Source: a virus (lineage: Duplodnaviria > Caudoviricetes). Taken from it: a stretch of 64,000 nucleotides of DNA. How positions within the stretch are numbered: the stretch's first letter is position 1; each line of letters begins with the position of its first letter. Both the position numbers and the translations under genes were made by a program. The notes beneath the pieces are model-generated. The model worked only from the letters and a program-made list of their open reading frames with translations. It was not told the origin of the DNA and did no database searches. Below are positions 31,074-40,132 of this stretch, piece by piece. The stretch is taken from positions 1-64,000 of the IMG/VR virus record IMGVR_UViG_2940228231_000002. The stretch is one strand, 5' to 3'.

Positions 31074-31397
31074 TCACGCTCCTTTATACCGTTCTGGATA
31101 TGGCATCCATGCTTTGGCTTTATCAATATTCCCACTCTCTAACCATACTCCTAAACAACAATGCTTCCAAATGTCAGTCCATACATTGTAACCATCAGTA
31201 ACTAAAATTTTTTGGTTCTTTTCTGGTAATACCCACATAGAACATTCTTCGTCATTCCATTTAAACGGTATCCATCCTCCTACTTTTGGTTGTTTTTTAA
31301 CAACTTCTATTGCTTGTTTTAGCACATCTGCTGTAACAATATTTTCTAGTGGTATACTATTAAGCTCTTCAATTAGTTTCTTTTCGTCTATCATCAT
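31074..31397 (-). CDS. DUF551-like phage protein
   Basis: GWIP...LPE...ILVTDG...AWMPYPE. Confidence 0.6.
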   Translation of the reverse strand: MMIDEKKLIEELNSIPLENIVTADVLKQAIEVVKKQPKVGGWIPFKWNDEECSMWVLPEKNQKILVTDGYNVWTDIWKHCCLGVWLESGNIDKAKAWMPYPERYKGA

Positions 31398-32109
31398 TTC
31401 ACCTCCTCGTTCCAATACTCTACTTTACAATTAAAACAACTGCCATACTTTTTAACTCTATCACAAAAACTATTGCAATCTAAACCAAGCAGCGTATCAT
31501 CTAAGTAGCATGGTGCTAAAAAGAGTGTCCCATTGTCAAGTTTAGAATTCGGAAACTGCTCCAAAAACACATCTTGTCTTGTTTTTGAGGGGTGGTCTTT
31601 TAGCCAGTTTTCTACTGCGGTTGAAAGGGCAATATCATTTCTTTTTTGTGGGTTTACTATACAATAACCTTCTGCAAGACATTCCTCACAATTGTGTTCG
31701 TTGTAAATGCACATTCTTTTCCACGTTTTCAAAAATTTCTCTACATCCATTACTCTACCTCCTCGTTCCAATATACTACCGTGCAGTCCCTACAACTACC
31801 ATACTTCTTATTTCTAATGCAAACCAGGTCGCAATCCATAACCCGTAATGTAGTATCTAAATCGCACGGCTCTAAAAGGATTATCCCATTGTCAAGTTCT
31901 ACATTGGGAAACTGTTCCAAAAACACATCTTGTCTTGTTTTTGGTGGGTGGTCTTTGAGCCAGCTTTCTACTGCCTCTAAATAATAGGTATCGTCTCTAT
32001 CTTGTGGATTTTTTAGACAATAGTCTATCATATAGCATCTCTCACAATCGTGGTCTGCAGCAATACACATTCTTTCACACGTCTCTAAAAATTTCTTCGC
32101 ATCCATCAT
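31394..32109 (-). repeat. two tandem paralogous genes (31394-31750, 31750-32109)
   Basis: Shared KFL.T..RMC, WLKDHP.KTRQDVFLEQFPN..LDNG, KKYGSC..C...YWNEEV. Confidence 0.85.
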
Positions 32110-32513
32110 TCCGCCTCTACCTCCAACTTTAACAGCTCTTCCACGCTCCATGGTTCATCTTCCCATTTAATAAATTGGAATACATTTCGATTTCTTGTGT
32201 TTCGAGGATTCACCAACTGAAGCGAGTTATCGGAATTTATCCAAATCTTGTCATGTTTTTCTGGCTTTGTATAGCCATATAAAACATTTCCATCTTTTTC
32301 TCTAACAAGCCACCCAGTTTCCATGAATACACAAAATGCCCACTCTTTCATTGTAAGAACAACCTCATCACGTACTACCATAGACTGAAACATGGGTTCT
32401 CCATCGTAGTACACTTTTTCTATATCTTGAACTATAAAACTTTTTTCTTTTACACCCACTGCCTTTAAAAGATCTTCTTTCTCTTTTCTAGTCCATATAC
32501 ACCATTCTCTCAT
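32106..32513 (-). CDS. hypothetical protein (paralog of the 25851-26312 C-terminus)
   Basis: AFC.F.ETGW..R and EPWSVEELLKLE. Confidence 0.6.
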   Translation of the reverse strand: MREWCIWTRKEKEDLLKAVGVKEKSFIVQDIEKVYYDGEPMFQSMVVRDEVVLTMKEWAFCVFMETGWLVREKDGNVLYGYTKPEKHDKIWINSDNSLQLVNPRNTRNRNVFQFIKWEDEPWSVEELLKLEVEAE

Positions 32514-32576
32514 TTATTGCCTCTCCGTTCTTTCTTAAATGCAACCAAAACCCACTCCTTCTAAACTATTTGACTC

Positions 32577-33539
32577 CTAACATCGAATACAATCAAAAGT
32601 AGGAACAATTTCTCCATCTACTAATCGATAAAAAGTATTTTCCTTATAAATCTCTCCATCTATATAAACTACTTTCACATCTTTAATCAGACGATAAAAA
32701 TTTTTACCATCTTTACTAATACGTTCTCCTCGCTCTACCAAAACCAAATAACTTCCAATGCTCCCTTTCGCAAGACTGTTATATCCAAGAGCGCAAGCTA
32801 TTGAGTGTTCTCCTTCTACAGAAGCACTGCTAAAATCGCCATGAGAAGCAGCCGCTACTGCTTCCCCTACTGCTTGCGCTGAGGATTCAATACCCATTAC
32901 TTGCGCGGCCGATGACATACCTTGTACATATGCGGCTGAATAATTTCCAGTAGACTGAGCTAGACAGTTCATGCCTTCCACATACACACCTGAAAAAATT
33001 CCACTCGTTTGTCCTGCTGACGAGTTCCCAACTACTTCTGCCGCAGAAAATTCCCCACTTATCTGACCAGCAGATTTATCGCCTATTACTTGAATACCTT
33101 TGCAGTTAAATATAGATTGCCCTGCCGAGCCACGCCCTTGCACTCTTACACTACGTCGACCTAGTGTACCTTGACCACTATCACTGCGCTGATCTGAGTC
33201 AACTCCATAACTAGTTTGATATTTAATTCTAGCTCTATCAAAATGACGCATTATTGTTTGCTTTATAATTCCTTTCACACCAATTTCTTCAAGCAATTTA
33301 ATCTTCTTCGATACTTTCTTAGTATCTCCTTTAGTTTCATCAGATACCTCATCTATTTTTGTCAAAAAATAACGACTGAACGAAGGACTATAATAAATAA
33401 AAGTATTAATAGGGTCTTCACAACTGTGGAAACCTCTATTACAAAGTTCGGTATCCCCTTGCATTTCTTCTTGTTTTCCCAACTTGAATTGATAACCTCG
33501 ACATCTCATATTTATATCTGTTCCTTTATATGTATACAT
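32577..33539 (-). CDS. phage protein with YKG..CRG.Q/GFH.C N-terminal domain and Gly/Ser/Ala beta-helix-like repeats
   Basis: YKGTD.NMRCRGYQ, GFHSCEDP, ~9-residue small-residue repeats; paralog of 35077-35997. Confidence 0.75.
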   Translation of the reverse strand: MYTYKGTDINMRCRGYQFKLGKQEEMQGDTELCNRGFHSCEDPINTFIYYSPSFSRYFLTKIDEVSDETKGDTKKVSKKIKLLEEIGVKGIIKQTIMRHFDRARIKYQTSYGVDSDQRSDSGQGTLGRRSVRVQGRGSAGQSIFNCKGIQVIGDKSAGQISGEFSAAEVVGNSSAGQTSGIFSGVYVEGMNCLAQSTGNYSAAYVQGMSSAAQVMGIESSAQAVGEAVAAASHGDFSSASVEGEHSIACALGYNSLAKGSIGSYLVLVERGERISKDGKNFYRLIKDVKVVYIDGEIYKENTFYRLVDGEIVPTFDCIRC

Positions 33540-33559
33540 TTTATTTCTTCCTCTCTTTC

Positions 33560-33898
33560 TTAAATGCAACCACCACAAGAGCCGCTCCTCCAGTCCTCTT
33601 CTTGAAAAGCTAGAAATATATCTTCCATTTCGCTCTTGTGTGTAGTTATTTTAGACAACCACTCAAAATTCTCCTCTACCCACTCCTGACAATTTAATCC
33701 ATCTACATAATCAGAAAACTGTTCTTGCCAATCAATGAATTCCCATTGAGAATATTCCCCAAATGTATACATTGGACTATTTCTCAAATCCTCTGGAATC
33801 ATTTTTGAAATATCTATTCCATCTTCCTCTAGTGTCCATTCTCCAGCACATAAAGCAGGATAGCACCCAGTCCACTCAGCCACATATTTTTTCTTCAT
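33560..33898 (-). CDS. conserved phage hypothetical protein
   Basis: WTG.YP.LC.GEW...DWR.GSCGGCI. Confidence 0.65.
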   Translation of the reverse strand: MKKKYVAEWTGCYPALCAGEWTLEEDGIDISKMIPEDLRNSPMYTFGEYSQWEFIDWQEQFSDYVDGLNCQEWVEENFEWLSKITTHKSEMEDIFLAFQEEDWRSGSCGGCI

Positions 33899-34652
33899 CT
33901 TTCAATTTCCTTTCTGTGTTTTCAACATTTTCCAACATTTTTAAGAAAGTGCTTTCATCTTTTTCCACTAAAATAGGTCTTCTACCAGTCAACATAGCAG
34001 CTATTCCTGTACTACCACTCCCCGCAAACTGGTCTAAGACCACTTCTCCCTCTAATGTTAATGCTTCAATAACCTCAATTAAAAGCCCAACTGGTTTTTC
34101 TGCCTGATGAATTCTCTCCGCCCTCGATGGAGGCTGATGATCAAACGCCGTGGGCAGCATCTTTCTACTCCCTGACATAAAATGTGCCTCATTTGGATTT
34201 GCTTTGTTCTTTTTCACATCTGGCTTCAGACATCTAGCCTTTCCTTTAGTGAAAATAATAATATCCTCGCTGTTTTTTGCCTTTCTTCCAGTGTTCGCCA
34301 CGAAATTCCCTTTCTTCCAAGGAACTTTTGTGTAATACTCAAAACCTGCACTTTGGGCCATTTTTTTGATTTCATACAAATAGTCAAAATTTGTCGAACT
34401 TTCCTCTGGCAGGAATTCTACTAAAAAACATCCGTCTTTCAGCACTCTCGCCTTTTCTTTGAAGTCGTTCTCTTCATACCGAAAGCAGTCATAGTCGGCA
34501 AATGAACGATTTCCGCCCTTATGTGCTGCGCTATCTTGATACGGATGGTCAGTTAGAATTAAATCTACAGTGCCGTCTTCTATCATTGTTAACTTGCGAC
34601 CATCTGTATTTAGAGTATCGCAATATTTATTTGTTTCTGTGTTTTCCATCAT
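33876..34652 (-). CDS. beta-class N6A/N4C DNA methyltransferase
   Basis: LILTDHPY (DPPY variant), HQAEKP, VLDQFAGSGST. Confidence 0.85.
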   Translation of the reverse strand: MMENTETNKYCDTLNTDGRKLTMIEDGTVDLILTDHPYQDSAAHKGGNRSFADYDCFRYEENDFKEKARVLKDGCFLVEFLPEESSTNFDYLYEIKKMAQSAGFEYYTKVPWKKGNFVANTGRKAKNSEDIIIFTKGKARCLKPDVKKNKANPNEAHFMSGSRKMLPTAFDHQPPSRAERIHQAEKPVGLLIEVIEALTLEGEVVLDQFAGSGSTGIAAMLTGRRPILVEKDESTFLKMLENVENTERKLKDEEKICG

Positions 34653-34678
34653 TTTTTCTCCTATGTATTTTGTTTCTC

Positions 34679-34847
34679 TCTACTAACCTAAAATTTGTGA
34701 GTGTTACATTGAAATTTTATTCTGTGCTGGCGCATGAATAAAATTTTCCATGTAACACTTGAAAAATTCCTCCAGGTCTTCAACTTCGTGAAAATACAGG
34801 TTACACCTATACCGCACTTTATGTATTGTAGTGCTATTCGTTAGTAG
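34679..34847 (-). ncRNA. retron msr/msd-like element B (predicted)
   Basis: Terminal IR CTACTAAC/GTTAGTAG, unpaired G at 34839, two short stem-loops, ~60-nt long hairpin (34700-34759); ends shared with element A. Confidence 0.7.
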
Positions 34848-34865
34848 GTTATTTCCCCGTGTTCT

Positions 34866-35054
34866 TTAATCCGACCCTAAAAGCCAGTCAATGAACACAT
34901 CATTATCTTTACAAAAATATTCTGCTCCGTCTAGTAAACAGTCCTCGCAGTCTAATTTTACACATACTTCTGGCTCTAGTGTGTGTTTATTTATTGCCAA
35001 AGAACTAATACCTATGTCATTTATTTCGTTTCTAAATTTTTCAAGATTTGTCAT
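34866..35054 (-). CDS. small Cys-containing protein
   Basis: MTNLEKF..EI..IGI; paralog of the 25851-26312 N-terminus. Confidence 0.55.
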   Translation of the reverse strand: MTNLEKFRNEINDIGISSLAINKHTLEPEVCVKLDCEDCLLDGAEYFCKDNDVFIDWLLGSD

Positions 35055-35076
35055 TATTCCTCTCCTTTTTTTTATT

Positions 35077-35997
35077 TTATTTGATAGCGGGAACTACTTC
35101 TCCGTCTACTAGTTGATAGAGAGTGTTTTCTTTGTACTTCTCACCATCAATTTGTATTACTTTCACAGTTTTAATTGGGCGGCACTCACCGTCATATTCT
35201 CCACGTTCTGTTAAGACTAAATAATTTCCCAAAGTCCCCTGTGCTGTGCAGTTATATCCAAAAGCACAAGCTATTGAATGCTCTCCCTTTACCGATGCAC
35301 TACTAAAATTTCCACAGGATATGGCTACCACTCTTTTTCCAATCGCCTGTGCTAAAGATTGTTGACCTATTGTTTGTGCTGTGCTACAGTCACCTGTTAC
35401 CTGTGCTACCGATTGTTGACTTATTGTTTGTGACGCCGTGTAATTCCCTATCGCCTGTGCCACCGAAGAGATGCCCACTGATTGAGCCCCTGAACATAAA
35501 CCTATTGCTTTTGCTATTGAAAAAGGAGCCGTTGTCTGTGCAGACGAGAAGGTGCCTGTTGTATGTGCCAGTGAATAGTTTCCAATTTCCTGCGCCGATG
35601 AATAATTGCCTGTGGCATATGCCACTGACGCACTATCGTTCTCCTGTGCCATAAAGCATCGCTCATTAGTATTATTTTTTTCATTAAAATCTGTTTGTTT
35701 GAGACGTAATGATAGTCCAGCCTCTATAATTCCATTTATTCCAATCTCCTTAAGAAATTTTATTTTTTTTGACACTCGTTTTGCCATACGTGTTTCATCA
35801 GAGATATCGTCTGTTTTCGTTTCAAAATATCGACTGTCTGATGGTGGATAATAAAAGAAAACTTCAATGGGGTCTTCGCAACTATGAAAACCTCGGCCAC
35901 AAAGCTTAACATCTCCTTCTATTTCTTCTTGCTTACCTAGCTCGTATTGATAGCCACGACATCTCATATTCATATCTGTCCCTTTATATGTAATCAT
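35077..35997 (-). CDS. paralog of 32577-33539 (repeat-containing phage protein)
   Basis: YKGTDMNMRCRGYQ, GFHSCEDP, AQTIG-type repeats, IDGEKYKENT.Y.LVDGE. Confidence 0.75.
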   Translation of the reverse strand: MITYKGTDMNMRCRGYQYELGKQEEIEGDVKLCGRGFHSCEDPIEVFFYYPPSDSRYFETKTDDISDETRMAKRVSKKIKFLKEIGINGIIEAGLSLRLKQTDFNEKNNTNERCFMAQENDSASVAYATGNYSSAQEIGNYSLAHTTGTFSSAQTTAPFSIAKAIGLCSGAQSVGISSVAQAIGNYTASQTISQQSVAQVTGDCSTAQTIGQQSLAQAIGKRVVAISCGNFSSASVKGEHSIACAFGYNCTAQGTLGNYLVLTERGEYDGECRPIKTVKVIQIDGEKYKENTLYQLVDGEVVPAIK

Positions 35998-36437
35998 TAT
36001 TCTTCTCCTTCTCTCATTTCTTCGTATTCGTTTTTCATCCATTCATCAAAGCACACATAGCACTCTCCACCATTAATACCAATCTCTTCGTCTACATCTT
36101 CTGGTTTAACACCTCTCTGCTCGCACCACTCTTTAACATATTGATTGTATAGTTCACGGCACGCTTTTTTCTTTGCTGCTTCCATCGCTTGTTCCATCAC
36201 ACTCCAGTAAGCTTCAAAATATGAGTCGCTGGTCATGAGCATTGCGACAAATATATTTGCGATTGCTTCCACATCTTTTTCGATGATTTCTACTTCTTGA
36301 TCTATATAATCATCGCTATTTTCTAAATAGATACACATGTCATCTACTATATTAGCACGCTCAACTTTTTCATAAATATATCTTCTCTCCTCTGCTGTTA
36401 GCTGCTCATATAGAGCCTCTTTTGATAATTCTTTCAT
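35997..36437 (-). CDS. hypothetical protein; its RBS is displaced by the IscB element
   Basis: ATG 36437 abuts the element end; C-terminal GECYVCFDEW..NEY. Confidence 0.6.
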   Translation of the reverse strand: MKELSKEALYEQLTAEERRYIYEKVERANIVDDMCIYLENSDDYIDQEVEIIEKDVEAIANIFVAMLMTSDSYFEAYWSVMEQAMEAAKKKACRELYNQYVKEWCEQRGVKPEDVDEEIGINGGECYVCFDEWMKNEYEEMREGEE

Positions 36438-36444
36438 CAAATCA

Positions 36445-37713
36445 TTAGGCTACGGAAACCCCCTGCTTTAGCTGTGGGGAGGAAGTAGCCATTCTCCTTT
36501 CTGTTAATATGGTTTTTCTCTTTTGTAACTGCTTCAGTTTTTTGTAACTGACGCCCTTTGATATGCTTGTACCATCTAATTGTCTAATGTCAAAACTGCC
36601 AGAAGAACGTCTGCCAAAGACAAAGCCCTCTTGCTTGCCGCATTTTACTTGATCAAACAACTGATAGCCAAATACATATTTCGGTGCTTGGTTTCGCTTT
36701 CTGATGCCACCTTTATTTATGGTTGCTTTATGCAGCTGCCGATTATGACGGCGTACACACTTTTGATGAAAGTAATAACCTAGCGGAACGGCCTTTGGAT
36801 TGCCACTGATACACCTTGCGTCCACTGCATGGGTTTTTTCAAGCCCTGCACCAATACGCACATGCTTTGTGATATACCCGAAAGTCATTTCTACGTTTTG
36901 ATACATTTCTTTAAGGTGTTCGTAAAGCGCCCAACGCATAATACCCATGAAGGCTGCATCTTTGTAGGATGCGCCTCTCTTTACTTTTAAGTCTATTTTT
37001 CCTCTGTGATAAGCATTATGACAGGTTTCGCATAAGGTAATGAGGTTTGTTGGCGCATCACCACCAGTCTTACGACTTTCTATGTGATGCACATTCAATA
37101 CAGCATCCTTAGACTTATCCTTACAATGTTGACATACATGATTGTCTCGGAACAGCACGTACTCACGCACATTCCAAAACCCTAGTTGCTCACCTTGTTG
37201 ATATGCTTCTCCTGCGATTAGACTATCTTTTAATTTCTGTGTATCAAAGGATGCCGTTTCTACGATCACCTTTGCTACTGGAAGCAGTTTATGTAGTTCC
37301 TTTATTAGTTTTTCGTGGGATGCAATCTTTTGCTTTATACTTGGCGCTAACCAACCCTTATCTCTTTTTCGATTAGAAAACCTTGCGGCTCTATATCTGG
37401 TCTTTCGATGCCTCCTACCTCTTCGTTGTTCTCTACGGCTTGCAAGCAATCCTACAATATCTGTTCTTAACTGTGTTTCTGATGCATAGAGTTCTTCTTT
37501 TTCAGTGGTTGCTGAAAGTCCAACGACTTTGCTACCAGCATCTACACCTAAGATGACTTCTTGTACGATTGTTGTTGTTTCATAGAGCAACTGGATGGTA
37601 AATGGGCATCGGCTTATTACTTTTGCCTTTTTGTTTTTTAACAGCCTTCTTACCTTGCCTTGCCGTTTGGTTGGCATAAGCGGTTCTCCGTCTTTACTTA
37701 TGATATATACCAT
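36445..37713 (-). CDS. iscB: IscB RNA-guided endonuclease
   Basis: PLMP domain, RuvC-I GVDAG, Arg-rich RRxRR bridge helix, RuvC-II VE, HNH with CxxC pairs, RuvC-III HAVDA. Confidence 0.93.
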   Translation of the reverse strand: MVYIISKDGEPLMPTKRQGKVRRLLKNKKAKVISRCPFTIQLLYETTTIVQEVILGVDAGSKVVGLSATTEKEELYASETQLRTDIVGLLASRREQRRGRRHRKTRYRAARFSNRKRDKGWLAPSIKQKIASHEKLIKELHKLLPVAKVIVETASFDTQKLKDSLIAGEAYQQGEQLGFWNVREYVLFRDNHVCQHCKDKSKDAVLNVHHIESRKTGGDAPTNLITLCETCHNAYHRGKIDLKVKRGASYKDAAFMGIMRWALYEHLKEMYQNVEMTFGYITKHVRIGAGLEKTHAVDARCISGNPKAVPLGYYFHQKCVRRHNRQLHKATINKGGIRKRNQAPKYVFGYQLFDQVKCGKQEGFVFGRRSSGSFDIRQLDGTSISKGVSYKKLKQLQKRKTILTERRMATSSPQLKQGVSVA

Positions 37714-37729
37714 TTCTGCTCCTTTTTGC

Positions 37730-37977
37730 TTGCATACTTCTTTGCTGTAAGCCTCTTGTATGCTAGAGTTTGTTACCCATCGCCAATGTTATGGAAAGGT
37801 TTTCACAAGCAGCACTATCTTTTCCCCATAAAGATTGTTTAACCACTTGCCGCAGAGTCTGAGGCTTGGATTGACACCTCAGAGTGCCTATATATTCTTT
37901 CCTAACGTAGTTTTCACTTTGGCTAGTCAGTAAGGGGACTTTTTCAAGCCCCCTGCTTTAGCTGTGGGGTTACTGAC
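37730..37977 (-). ncRNA. omegaRNA (HEARO) scaffold; guide predicted from the flank 37978-~37997
   Basis: GTCAGTAACCCC...GGGGCTTG start, GACTAGCC, CTACGTT, GTTAAACA, AACATTGGCGATGG segments typical of IscB leaders; 3' boundary approximate. Confidence 0.85.
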
Positions 37978-37982
37978 ACGTG

Positions 37983-38382
37983 TTCTCCTTTCAATTTTTG
38001 TTTTTTGCAATCTATATGATGTTATTAGCTCGATCGGAAGATGGGTGATGGATTTGGTTTTCCCGAAATTTAGGTGGGTTTTTGTATTTGTTTTAATTTC
38101 CGACTTGGGTTTAGCTAAAGTTTTTGATTCGTCAGAGGATATTTATTTTATTTATTTAATTTTCTTAGGTCAGCACCATTCAACTGCATACTCGAGATGA
38201 TTTCTTGATGCCATTTTTCCAGAGGTGTTGATGCGGATTTTAACGGCGTTTTTAGCTCGGGTAGCCTCATCTGTTTCTTCCCCCACGATGTGGTCGTGTT
38301 GAGAACCTCAACACGTTATTCTTTTAGAATAAAATGCATTGCAAAAAAAATACGCACTCTTAAAATGCGTCTACTTCAAAAT
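37983..38382. repeat. 400-bp direct repeat, copy 1
   Basis: Identical by eye to 39733-40132 (offset 1750). Confidence 0.95.
38001..38348 (-). ncRNA. retron msr/msd-like element C, copy 1 (downstream of RT)
   Basis: 11-bp IR TTTTTTGCAAT/ATTGCAAAAAA, G at 38337, stem-loops TTATTCT/AGAATAA and CGTGTTGAG-GTT-CTCAACACG. Confidence 0.7.
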
Positions 38383-38383
38383 A

Positions 38384-39727
38384 TTAATTTATGTTTACAT
38401 TCAAACACTCCTTCATGGTGTCTAATACATTAGCGTTAAACTTCTTGTTGTATTTTTCTATGATTTGCTCACAGCTCTTAGGCTCAACTGATTTAAGATA
38501 TGAGATATTTCCCATCATAACCTGAATATCTTTCACGTCCCAAAAGTTTCCATTTTGTACATCCATCATGAAATTCGTAATCATTGCTTGAATTCTCTTC
38601 TTCTCTTTGTGCCCAATAGTAATGCCATAGTCTTGGTTGTACATAAGGCCCAAAATCCAGTTACTTCCCGCAATAGAGCCATATCTGGTTTTCTTGGTAT
38701 TCAATTTAAACGGTGCCTGCTCCTCTTCTAGCACTGAGTTGATGTACTCAATCACTGAAGAATACTTGAAGCCACGGTGCCCGCCGATGAACAAATCATC
38801 TGCATATCTTGTATAGAGCAGTTTGAAGTTCTGCTCTCCATCATCTTTATCAAATTCCGTCACAGATTTCGCATCAGTCAGTAATTTATTATAGATTTTG
38901 AAGTCTATTGGAATCATCAATATATTAGTCAGAAGCGGTGAGATTGGCGTACCTTGTGGCAATCTCCCATCCAAGAAACACAATCTAAGGCAATTATATA
39001 AAGCCCTCTCGCCTCCGTACATTGAGCAAATTTCACTAAACGGAAATATTTGCTTCATTTGTCTCATTGTGAAATCAATATCTATGCTACCAAAGAAATT
39101 GCTAAAGTCTAATTTCAAAATCCATCTACTTTTATTCTTTTGTAGTTTTCGCACAAGGTCTTGTGTGCATCTGCCAGGAATGTAAGCATATGCTGCTGTA
39201 TGATATGTATTTCCTTTCATAAATTCTTCAAGCATCAGCTTCAATTCAGTCAGTGCTGCTTTTAGTTCTGGATGAGGAGCGTCAATTTGACGCAGTCCAC
39301 TTCCAGACCTCTTAGGTAGGAAAAACGTATAGTAGTTTGGATTATATTTCTTGCCAGTCGATTCTAATATTTCCTTAGTTTTTTCGTTGACTTCTTCTTC
39401 ATCTGATAATCCACAACTAAATTTCGCATCTCGTTGTGCTTTTACTTGATCAGCATAACAGTAGTCATCATCAAATGAAATATCTAGGTTTTTATGCATA
39501 TCATAAAATTTTTCTAGTTGTCTAACCATATCGCTAACCACGTACTCTTTTTTCATTCCAGTCAGCACTTTGCTTGTGTCTTTAGCCACTATTGTTTTGG
39601 TTGAATTAATTTTTACGTTTGTTTTTCTATATTTTCCGATTGAATCCTCATCAATCAATCCGAATAGCACGTCTTCAAAAGACATTGTTTCGGTTCTTTT
39701 TGTTTGTTTTGTAATAATATAAGTCAT
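38384..39727 (-). CDS. retron-like reverse transcriptase (447 aa from MTYII)
   Basis: Y..F..PKRSG.LRQI.AP, AYAY..GR, LKLDFSNFFGSI, LPQGTPISP, YTRYADD, LN.KKT, ILGL; NAxxH and VTG signatures degenerate; ~130-aa N-terminal extension. Confidence 0.9.
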   Translation of the reverse strand: MTYIITKQTKRTETMSFEDVLFGLIDEDSIGKYRKTNVKINSTKTIVAKDTSKVLTGMKKEYVVSDMVRQLEKFYDMHKNLDISFDDDYCYADQVKAQRDAKFSCGLSDEEEVNEKTKEILESTGKKYNPNYYTFFLPKRSGSGLRQIDAPHPELKAALTELKLMLEEFMKGNTYHTAAYAYIPGRCTQDLVRKLQKNKSRWILKLDFSNFFGSIDIDFTMRQMKQIFPFSEICSMYGGERALYNCLRLCFLDGRLPQGTPISPLLTNILMIPIDFKIYNKLLTDAKSVTEFDKDDGEQNFKLLYTRYADDLFIGGHRGFKYSSVIEYINSVLEEEQAPFKLNTKKTRYGSIAGSNWILGLMYNQDYGITIGHKEKKRIQAMITNFMMDVQNGNFWDVKDIQVMMGNISYLKSVEPKSCEQIIEKYNKKFNANVLDTMKECLNVNIN

Positions 39728-39732
39728 TTCTT

Positions 39733-40132
39733 TTCTCCTTTCAATTTTTGTTTTTTGCAATCTATATGATGTTATTAGCTCGATCGGAAGATGGGTGATG
39801 GATTTGGTTTTCCCGAAATTTAGGTGGGTTTTTGTATTTGTTTTAATTTCCGACTTGGGTTTAGCTAAAGTTTTTGATTCGTCAGAGGATATTTATTTTA
39901 TTTATTTAATTTTCTTAGGTCAGCACCATTCAACTGCATACTCGAGATGATTTCTTGATGCCATTTTTCCAGAGGTGTTGATGCGGATTTTAACGGCGTT
40001 TTTAGCTCGGGTAGCCTCATCTGTTTCTTCCCCCACGATGTGGTCGTGTTGAGAACCTCAACACGTTATTCTTTTAGAATAAAATGCATTGCAAAAAAAA
40101 TACGCACTCTTAAAATGCGTCTACTTCAAAAT
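39733..40132. repeat. 400-bp direct repeat, copy 2
   Basis: Runs from the last 23 nt of the ThiF gene to the RT RBS. Confidence 0.95.
39751..40098 (-). ncRNA. retron msr/msd-like element C, copy 2 (upstream of RT)
   Basis: Canonical retron position just 5' of RT; IR 39751-39761/40088-40098, candidate branching G at 40087. Confidence 0.75.

Larger units (their letters stand above)
36438..37977 (-). mobile_element. non-autonomous IS200/IS605-type ISC element (iscB + omegaRNA)
   Basis: Identical 21-nt subterminal hairpin CCCCACAGCTAAAGCAGGGGG at 36459-36479 and 37949-37969; no tnpA; the reconstructed empty site restores AAGGAG-AACACGT-ATG. Confidence 0.85.

Noticed and set aside
37964-38200. 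Plus-strand 78-aa ORF in repeat copy 1, and the 62-aa ORF 42743-42931 over element A
   Set aside because: Antisense to the operon, no RBS, and explained by the T-rich structured non-coding sequence.
38384-39727. Group II intron
   Set aside because: No GTGCG 5' end, no domain V/VI, no maturase X domain and no interrupted host gene.
32577-40132. Diversity-generating retroelement (RT plus repeats plus paralogous target-like genes)
   Set aside because: The 400-bp copies are identical with no adenine-specific mismatches, are almost entirely non-coding, and no Avd-like gene is seen. RT motifs are retron-like.
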